Assembly (NCBI GenBank): GCA_963718585.1 | Contig: OY970357.1 | Location: forward strand, 1,052,459 to 1,084,458 | DNA: 32,000 nucleotides | DNA from: Candidatus Saccharimonadota bacterium | GTDB lineage: Bacteria > Patescibacteriota > Patescibacteriia > 2-12-FULL-60-25 | Direction of reading: 5' to 3' | Shown: one piece after another, positions 23,772-30,896 of the stretch | How positions within the stretch are numbered: position 1 is the first letter of the stretch | Layout of the letters: each line of letters starts with the position of its first letter | The notes under the pieces: generated by a model | What the model saw: only the letters and a program-made list of their open reading frames with translations | The model's database searches: none | What the model was told of the DNA's origin: nothing | Program-made: the position numbers and the translations under genes

Positions 23772-24305
23772 GACCCATCGAGACTGCCACTGACGAACGA
23801 CCGAAGCCGTCGCTCCGATCATGACCAGTGTCAGCCTCGTCTCTGCCCGAAACGGATGACCAGACGTTCTGACCGGACCTCGACAAGTGAATCGCACGAT
23901 GCCATCACCATGTCCCGTCAGTCGGGACCACTGATCGAATGTCATACGTGCAAGGCATGAAAATATTAGTGATCCCACGAGCGATCGTGGGATCAACTGC
24001 GTAAATTGCAATATCGGCACACACACGCCGCCATCCGGATCATGACCCTCGGGTCACGACCCTGGATGGCCGAAGCACGTAAGGGCATACGGTGGATGGC
24101 TTGGCATGAAGGAGCCGATGAAGGACGTGGCAGCCTGCGATAAGTCTCGGGGAGGTGGCAAGCAACCTGTGATCCGGGAATGTCCGAATGGGGAAACCCC
24201 TGTACGGTGAAGCCAGTATGACCCACGACTGAATACATAGGTCGTGTGGAGGGAACCTGGGGAAGTGAAACATCTCAGTACCCAGAGGAAAAGAAAAAAC
24301 GAAAC

Positions 24306-24364
24306 CGCAGACTTCATGTCTCCACAGGATCTTTCGAGGTCCCGGCGAGACATAGATGTCTGCT
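24306..24364 (+). other. ~55-60-nt lineage-specific expansion hairpin in 23S domain I
   Basis: Extra sequence lies between GAAAAGAAA and GATTCC..AGTAGTGGCGAGCGAA relative to the E. coli sequence as I remember it. Folds as GCAGAC..ATGTCTC...GAGACAT..GTCTGC. Confidence 0.5.
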
Positions 24365-24365
24365 T

Positions 24366-24396
<31 letters not shown>

Positions 24397-24702
24397 ACAA
24401 GCCTAAATCATCTTTGTAAGCCGTTGCACCGAGTTGGACGCAAGTTTGACTGCGGGCTTCGGTGACGAGCTTGGGCTGTCGCAGAGATGACGTTGCGGAC
24501 AAGGCGTCGATTCCCCAAGGGATCGGCATGTGAGTAGGACATATATAATCGAATCCTCTGGAAAGAGGAACCAAAGACGGTGATAGTCCGGTAGATGAAA
24601 TAGATTCGTCCTCCGCATGTGTCTTGAATCCAGAGTACGACGAGGCTCGAGAAACCTCGTCGGAAGCAGCCATGACGATGTGGCAAGGCTAAATACTCCT
24701 TC

Positions 24703-24735
<33 letters not shown>

Positions 24736-25319
24736 CTGAAAAGCAGCCCGGGAGGGCGATGAAATAGTATCTGAAACCGTATGCTTACAAGGAGTTGGAG
24801 CGGGCAGCAATGTCCGTGACAGCGTTCCTATTGAAGAATGAGCCGACGAGTTGTGTCCTGTGTTGCTTGGTTAAGTCCCTGAGGGGACGAAGCCAGAGTG
24901 AAAGCGAGCCTGAATAGGGCGATTTGTAGCACAGACACAGACCCGAAACCCGGCGAGCTAGCCATGACCAGGATGAAGGTTGTCGAAAGATGACTGGAGG
25001 TCCGAACCCACGAGCCGTGCAACACTCGGGGATGAGTTGTGGCTAGCGGAGAAATTCCAATCGAACTCGGTGATAGCTGGTTCTCCCCGAAATAGCTTTA
25101 GGGCTAGCGTTGGTACATAGCGTTGCGGGGGTAGAGCACTGAATGGGGACACGGGCGCAAGCTTACGTGTTCCTAACCAAACTCCGAATACCGTAATGTG
25201 TTCCCAGCAGTCAGACCATGGGGGCTAAGCTCCACGGTCAAAAGGGAAACAGCCCTGATCGCAGACTAAGGTCCCTAAATCTGTACTAAGTGTAAAAGGC
25301 AGTTGATCGGCTTAGACAA

Positions 25320-25350
<31 letters not shown>

Positions 25351-26185
25351 TAAAGAAAGCGTAACAGCTCACTGGTCAAGCTTTTCTGCGCCGAAAACTT
25401 ACCGGGGCTAAGTACAGTACCGAAGTCGCGGGATCTGCAGTTCTCTTCGGACGATGGATCGGTAAGGGAGCATTCGCATCAGCGTCGAAGCGGAAGGCGT
25501 GAGCCACCGTGGAGCGATGCGAAGAGAGAATGTTGGCATAAGTAGCAAAAAGACGGGTGAGAACCCCGTCCACCGTAAACCCAAGGTTTCCTGGGCAACG
25601 CAAATCGTCCCAGGGTTAGTCGGTCCTAAGGCGAGGCCGAAAGGCGTAGTCGATGGACAGCAGGTTAATATTCCTGCACTACCTATATGTTTCGATGGAG
25701 TGACGTATTCTTGCATCTTTCGAGGATCCCGGAATGATCCTTTGGGCGCGGAGGGGCGCTGAATAGGCAAATCCGTTCAGCATCAAGCCTCGCCGTGAGC
25801 GCAAGTCTGCCGAAAGGCGGGCAAGGAAAGAGAATGGGGTACCAAGAAAAACTTCTAGAGCTAACATGTAGGTACCCGTACCGGAAACCGACACAGGTGG
25901 GTAGGCATAAGTGTGCCAAGGTGAACGAGAGAACCCGTTAAGGAACTCGGCAAAACAGCGGCCGTAACTTCGGGATAAGGCCTGCCCTTCGCAAGAAGGG
26001 CCGCAGCGAAAGACGCCAACCGACTGTTTACCAAAAACACAGCTCCCTGCTAAACCGCAAGGTGATGTATAGGGGGTGATGCCTGGCCAGTGTCAGAACG
26101 TTAAGCGGAGAGGTCAATCCTTCGGGAGGCAGCCTTGAACCGAAGCGCTGATGAACGCCGGCGATAACTATAATCGTCCTAAGGT

Positions 26186-26443
26186 GAAATATTCGTTGCC
26201 TTAGTGAGGTGCAAGACCTCTATTCGAACTCCGAATGCCTCGGAGATGTAGAATGAAAATCTGGCTATATCGGTGAACTTCCCTCGCGGAAAACACCGAG
26301 GCAACCTGCGTAAGCAGAGAGTCCGTAGAGACTACACGCCAGACAGTCCCGACCGTGTGTCGGGATGGAAGATATAGTCCGACCTGCATGGCGACATGCA
26401 GACCTCTTTTGGAACAAAGAGGCGATCGTCAATCGTAACAACG
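26186..26443 (+). ncRNA. Group I intron (258 nt, no ORF) in 23S domain IV
   Basis: Interrupts CCTAAGGT|AGCGAAATTCC. The 5' exon ends in U and pairs with the internal guide GCCTTAG (26198-26204), giving the U-G wobble. The intron ends in G. Core R-like GTAGAGACTACA (26325-26336) and S-like AAGATATAGTCC (26369-26380) form P7. Peripheral hairpin CTGCATG-GCGA-CATGCAG. Confidence 0.85.
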
Positions 26444-26970
26444 AGCGAAATTCCTTGTCGGGTGAGTTCCGACCCGCACGAATGGCATAACGAGTTTGCA
26501 ACTGTCTCAACATGGGACTCGGCGAAATTGCAAGTGGGGTGAAGATGCCCTGTACGCGCAGTAAGACGAAAAGACCCCGTGAAGCTTTACTACAACTTGA
26601 TATTGGGTCGCGACTTTGCCTGTTCAGCATAGGTGGGAGCCTTCGGGCGCCAGTGAGATACCACCCTTGCATTGTCGCGATTCTCATCTCTGTCCGTGAA
26701 TCCGGAACGGGAAACAGTATCTGGTGGGTAGTTTAACTGGGGCGGTTGCCTCCCAAAAAGTAACGGAGGCGTTCACAAAGGTCGGCTAGGCGCGGATGGA
26801 AATCGCGCTGGTACTGCAAAGGGACAAGCCAGCTTAACTGCAAGACCAACAAGTCGAGCAGACGCGAAAGCGGGACTTAGTGATCCGACCGTACGATATC
26901 GGACGGCGGAAGCTCAACGGATAAAAGCTACTCCGGGGATAACAGGCTGATCTCCCCCAAGCGTCCACAG

Positions 26971-27038
<68 letters not shown>

Positions 27039-27051
27039 TGGCTGTTCGCCA

Positions 27052-27103
<52 letters not shown>

Positions 27104-27396
27104 CTGTCTACTGTGCGCGTGGAATATTGAGAGGACGCATCTCTAGTACGAGAGGACCGGGATGCACGAACCTCTAGTGCACCAGCTGTTCTACCAAGGG
27201 CACCGCTGGGTAGCTACGTTCGGCGCGGATAAACGCTGAAAGCATCTAAGCGTGAAGCCGTTCTCAAGATGAGTATTCATTTGAGGGCCCTCCGAGACGA
27301 GGAGGTCGATAGGCCGTAGGTGTAAGACCTGTAAGGGTTTGAGCCGAGCGGTACTAATAGCCCGATACTTCGGCCTTCCAAGGTGAAGGTGTCAAT

Positions 27397-27495
27397 GATC
27401 GCGAGCTCCTCGGGTTTCGCATCGCGGAACGCTCAGCGTACGTCACAGTACGCCTGCGCATTCCGCTTGCTCCAACCCGTCGGATCTCATCGAAC
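27397..27495 (+). repeat. Copy B of the rod-like hairpin element (23S-5S spacer)
   Basis: GATCGCGAGCTCCTCGGGTTTCG...CGTAC-gtcaca-GTACGCCT...TCCAACCCGTCGGATCTCATCGAAC. Aligns with 3676-3773. Confidence 0.6.
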
Positions 27496-27638
27496 ATGGA
27501 CACCTTCAATATCCGGAAGAAGGCGGACAATGTGTCCGATAATGCGAAGCACGCGAAAGAAAGTAAGTAATGCCTTGCACGTACGACCTCCGATCGGGTC
27601 GGCCTTCGGAAATTCGCGAAAAAGATTTTTCACGAATT

Positions 27639-27757
27639 TCCGGTGGCTCAAGCGGCGGTGCTACACCTGTTCCCATTCCGAACACAGCAGTTAAGACCGC
27701 CAGCAGCGATGGTACTTGGACCCAACCCGGTCCTGGAAGAGTAGCCCGTCGCCGGAC
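27639..27757 (+). rRNA. rrf: 5S rRNA
   Basis: TCCGGTGGC...CCTGTTCCCATTCCGAACACAGCAGTTAAG...GATGGTACTTGG...AGAGTAGCCCGTCGCCGGAC. Confidence 0.95.
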
Positions 27758-27758
27758 T

Positions 27759-27796
27759 AAAAAAAACACGCCGTTTCCCATGGCGTGTTTTTGTTT
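27759..27796. terminator. Bidirectional intrinsic terminator after 5S
   Basis: AAAAAACACGCC-gtttcccat-GGCGTGTTTTTGTTT. Confidence 0.8.
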
Positions 27797-28088
27797 ACCG
27801 GTTCCGATTGTTTTCGACGAATGTCCGCTGGGTCTCTTTGGCGAGCGCGATGCATTCCTCCGGGTCGTATCCAAGGTCATTGCACCAGCGGATCATGGAG
27901 AAGATGATGTTTCCCATCTCTTTCTTCACCTCTTCCTGCGTATGCGTCCCGCGATCTTTGTCTGCCCCGCGTTCCCAACGGCAGAGATCACCGTAGTCCA
28001 CACCAAGTCGGACAAGGATCTGTCCAAGGGTCAGCCGCTGTTCTCCCCAAATGGCGCGCGCTTCGGCAAGCAGGGCTTTGATCTCCAT
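27795..28088 (-). CDS. MazG-like nucleotide pyrophosphohydrolase domain protein (97 aa)
   Basis: Start moved to the ATG at 28088 (MEIKALLAEARAIWGE...). EEVKKEMGNIIFSMIRWCNDLGYDPEECI fits the MazG E-x2-E..D helix pair. TATACT lies 8 nt upstream of the ATG. Confidence 0.7.
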   Translation of the reverse strand: MEIKALLAEARAIWGEQRLTLGQILVRLGVDYGDLCRWERGADKDRGTHTQEEVKKEMGNIIFSMIRWCNDLGYDPEECIALAKETQRTFVENNRNR

Positions 28089-28115
28089 ATGAGACGAGTA
28101 TAACACGCGAAACTT

Positions 28116-28124
28116 TGCTACAAT
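28116..28124 (+). promoter_or_regulatory. Extended -10 promoter (TGcTACAAT)
   Basis: TG-n-TACAAT, with no good -35. The GCTACAAT context recurs at 30462 and, as GCTATACT, at 30751. Confidence 0.4.
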
Positions 28125-28202
28125 ATGCGCATGGCAAAGGCGAGAATGCCCAAACGGGATCCCTCGAAGCGTGTCCGCTTCCATCGGAAGGAGGATGAGC
28201 CC

Positions 28203-28316
28203 GTGAAGACGGATCTTGAGTATTGGCTGATCCATGCCTTGCATTGGCATGCGCTCCTGTTCGCCGTCATTGCCTTTCTTTCCTTCGGCGTTTCAGTTTC
28301 CCGGACACGCTTGTGA
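28203..28316 (+). CDS. Possible 37-codon hydrophobic mini-ORF in the leader of the dockerin gene
   Basis: AGGAGG (28189-28194) lies 8 nt before a GTG. The peptide is VKTDLEYWLIHALHWHALLFAVIAFLSFGVSVSRTRL. A hairpin with a T-run follows. Confidence 0.25.
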   Translation: MKTDLEYWLIHALHWHALLFAVIAFLSFGVSVSRTRL

Positions 28317-28332
28317 CCCGATCGAGGACCCG

Positions 28333-28357
28333 CCCTTCGAACGAAGGGTTTTGTGTT
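28333..28357 (+). terminator. Terminator-like or attenuator hairpin just upstream of the dockerin gene
   Basis: CCCTTCG-aa-CGAAGGG followed by TTTTGTGTT. Confidence 0.45.
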
Positions 28358-28368
28358 ATCATACGGCC

Positions 28369-29175
28369 ATGAAACGGTGGTATGGTGCCGCGGTTTTCGC
28401 ATCGATCGGGATCCTCTGGGGAGGTATCGCGCTTGCGGTCGATCAGTCGAGCACGAGCTACAAGAATTATGACTCGACCTTTGCGCCGGCGGTCTTCAAT
28501 GCGTCCTCGGCGAACTATTCACTGTCCGGATCCGTCGACGCGATCGTGGGGAAGGGGACAAGCTCCGGGTTTCAGGTGTACAGCGGCGTTCCATTGAAGG
28601 ACGGCACGACCGCGACGTCTACCCCAACGCCCACACCGACACCGACGCCAGGTGGTGGAGGGGGCGGAGGCGGAGGAGGCGGAGGAGGAGCTCCACCGCC
28701 CGCCACGACAACGACGCCACCCGTGGTCCCAAGTGGAGCCGCGGTCGCGCCGACACTCCAGTACCGGACACCGACCTTTCTTTCTCATCAGAGTATCAGC
28801 GGATCATACGCCGCAGAGATCACAGAAGTCCTGGTGAATGGGTCTTCGAATGGCGTGGAAATGCTCTCCAATGGATTTTGGAAGCGCGATCTTCCTCTTT
28901 TTGTCGGCTACAATGACATCTATGTGCAGGGAAAGAATGGAAGCGGGGCAACGTCCACGCTCATTTACGGTCAGATCGAACGGATGCTCGTAGGAGATGC
29001 AAGCCGGGAAAAAGGAAAAACATTCCATCATGTCGTCGATGATGTGGATCTCTCGCTTTTCACACGCGCGTGGAAGACGTACACTCCGTATGCAGATTTC
29101 AATGAAGATAATTTGATCGACGATGCCGATCTCTCGCTGTTGGTCAGCCATTGGGGCATGACCGCTGACTATTGA
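28369..29175 (+). CDS. Secreted protein with TP/poly-Gly linker and C-terminal dockerin-like module
   Basis: Start moved to the ATG at 28369 (MKRWYGAAVFASIGILWGGIALA). The linker is TPTPTPTPTPG followed by a 13-Gly run. The EF-hand-like dockerin segment is ADFNEDNLIDDADLSLLVSHWG, preceded by the weaker VVDDVDLSLFTRAW. Confidence 0.8.
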   Translation: MKRWYGAAVFASIGILWGGIALAVDQSSTSYKNYDSTFAPAVFNASSANYSLSGSVDAIVGKGTSSGFQVYSGVPLKDGTTATSTPTPTPTPTPGGGGGGGGGGGGGAPPPATTTTPPVVPSGAAVAPTLQYRTPTFLSHQSISGSYAAEITEVLVNGSSNGVEMLSNGFWKRDLPLFVGYNDIYVQGKNGSGATSTLIYGQIERMLVGDASREKGKTFHHVVDDVDLSLFTRAWKTYTPYADFNEDNLIDDADLSLLVSHWGMTADY

Positions 29176-29177
29176 CC

Positions 29178-30386
29178 ATGAAACGCACCCTTATCGCCAT
29201 CCTTTGCAGCGCGATCCTGTTCCCGTGGCAGGCCGCGCTCGCAGCAGCCAACGTCGCGCCCACCGGACCGACGACGGTGAACGTCGGTCAGACCTTCAAT
29301 GTGTATGTCACCGTATCCGGCGCCAAAGATGTTGATACCATTCGCTTGAACGGTTCCTATACGCAGGACCTGCTTCAATGGAAAGGCGCCAGTCCGGCAG
29401 GGGTGTTCCAGAATGTTTCCCCTGGGACGTACGTCGATCAGGCGACAGGCATCTATTCTTTTGGTGCGTTCACCTTGAGTTCAAAGGCAAATGGGACCGC
29501 GCGGATCGCGGTTTTGACGTTCAAGGCGATCAAGGCCGGAACAGCCTATGTCCAGCTGACGACGAATTCCCGGATCTTGTCGGCGGGAGAGGATCAGATG
29601 GGGACTGTGGGGAGATTGACCATCAATGTGACGCAGCCACAGGTGGCGCCCAAACCGGAACAGCCACAGCCGTTACCACCGACCGTGAAGCCAGGGGTCG
29701 CCGCGATCTCGCTGTACAGCACGTCTCATCCGGACCCGAATGCCTGGTATAAAGACCCGAACGTCCTCGCTTCTTGGAAGATCGAAGGGAAAACGGCAAG
29801 TAAGGTGTATGTTGGGTTCGATCAAGACCCGCAAGGACCCGCGGAACAGGTTCCGTCTGATAGCATAGCCAAATTTACGGCACCGACAGACGGTGTGTGG
29901 TACGTCCATCTCGGTGTTTCCTTCACGGATAAGACGTATCAGCGCGAAGATCTCCGTGTCCAGATCGATCGAACGGACCCGCATACGATCGCGCCGGTCA
30001 CGGATCAGACGTTGGTGACACAAGGGACGGAAAATTACCTTCGATTCGCGACGACGGACGATGCGTCTGGGATCGATCATTATGACGTCATGGTCGATGG
30101 GACACTCGCGACGTCCACGGTGATGACGGCATGGGCATTGGATCAGTATGGTCCCGGCATCCACACGGTACTCGTGAAGGCGTATGATCGCGCAGGGAAC
30201 ATGGTCCAAGGTCAGACGTCATTCCATGTTCTCGCGCAACCGACCACGAACATCGGACGTCCGAATTATCTGAACCTCATCGGGATCACGCTGTTCACGC
30301 TCTTCGCCATCTTGGCCATCATCTTCTTCCTTCTCTGGGATCGGAGGCGTCGGGAAAAGAAGAAAGGAAGAGTCCACAAGAGATAA
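29178..30386 (+). CDS. Cohesin-domain surface protein with C-terminal membrane anchor
   Basis: Signal peptide is MKRTLIAILCSAILFPWQAALA. Cohesin-like pattern is VNVGQTFNVYVTVSGAKDVDTIRLNGSY...GTARIAVLTFKAIKAGTAYVQL. The C-terminal TM helix (LIGITLFTLFAILAIIFFLLW) is followed by RRRREKKK. Confidence 0.85.
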   Translation: MKRTLIAILCSAILFPWQAALAAANVAPTGPTTVNVGQTFNVYVTVSGAKDVDTIRLNGSYTQDLLQWKGASPAGVFQNVSPGTYVDQATGIYSFGAFTLSSKANGTARIAVLTFKAIKAGTAYVQLTTNSRILSAGEDQMGTVGRLTINVTQPQVAPKPEQPQPLPPTVKPGVAAISLYSTSHPDPNAWYKDPNVLASWKIEGKTASKVYVGFDQDPQGPAEQVPSDSIAKFTAPTDGVWYVHLGVSFTDKTYQREDLRVQIDRTDPHTIAPVTDQTLVTQGTENYLRFATTDDASGIDHYDVMVDGTLATSTVMTAWALDQYGPGIHTVLVKAYDRAGNMVQGQTSFHVLAQPTTNIGRPNYLNLIGITLFTLFAILAIIFFLLWDRRRREKKKGRVHKR

Positions 30387-30415
30387 GGGATTTATCCACA
30401 CCACGAGAAATCAGG

Positions 30416-30447
30416 ATTCTCCGCTTAGTACAGCGGAGAATTCTTGT
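30416..30447 (+). terminator. Intrinsic terminator after the cohesin gene
   Basis: ATTCTCCGC-ttagtaca-GCGGAGAAT followed by TCTTGTT. Confidence 0.7.
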
Positions 30448-30469
30448 TATAAGTAATGTCAGCTACAAT

Positions 30470-30735
30470 GTCATTGTGTGTGAGTCGCGACCTCGTACCT
30501 TCATCAAATTTCCCTCGCTTGGCGACTACGCATTCAAAAAATAGAGGATCTGACCGTGGTTATCAGCACATGAAGAAAGAATGTCACCATCAGATGAGTG
30601 TTGAATGAACACACATCCGATCCAAGACGATTCATGTCCTGATGACCGCGGTCAGGCAACCACAAATACAAAACGCGAACCGCCTTATCCTCGTCGTCCT
30701 GCATACGGCACAGATAAGGCGGTTTGCTTTTCACT
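30470..30735 (+). ncRNA. Candidate structured non-coding RNA
   Basis: -10-like TACAAT at 30464-30469. A 106-nt rod hairpin spans 30550-30655, with 25-nt arms giving 22 Watson-Crick pairs, 2 G-U pairs and 1 mismatch. The terminal hairpin AACCGCCTTATC...GATAAGGCGGTT is followed by TGCTTTTC. Confidence 0.35.
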
Positions 30736-30896
30736 GATTCGGATTTTTCGGCTATACTGTCATTGTCCTGTTGTGGATAACCATACGGACTCACAAAACC
30801 GAACTGGCGACAATTCCATGGTAGGGGGACAAGAAGGCAGATGCGCATTTGCCTTCTACCCTCCTCGCATGAGGGGAATGGTCCTTTCCGTCGCCA

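Noticed and set aside
27795-28250. Full 151-aa version of the MazG-like ORF
   Set aside because: The first 54 codons are Leu/His/Arg-rich with no homology pattern and would cover the + strand promoter and leader. The MazG-like helices start at the internal ATG at 28088, which has a -10 box 8 nt upstream.
28615-28689. Short tandem repeat region considered as a CRISPR-like or satellite array
   Set aside because: The repeat unit is 3-6 nt, in frame, and encodes a TP/poly-Gly linker inside a well-supported CDS. It has no spacer-repeat architecture. No CRISPR array exists anywhere in the window.
30448-30896. Idea that the rod hairpin is a retron msd or a DGR template repeat
   Set aside because: No reverse transcriptase gene is present in the window. 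I could find no second copy of the hairpin sequence, such as a variable repeat, inside the neighbouring fibre gene or elsewhere in the window.
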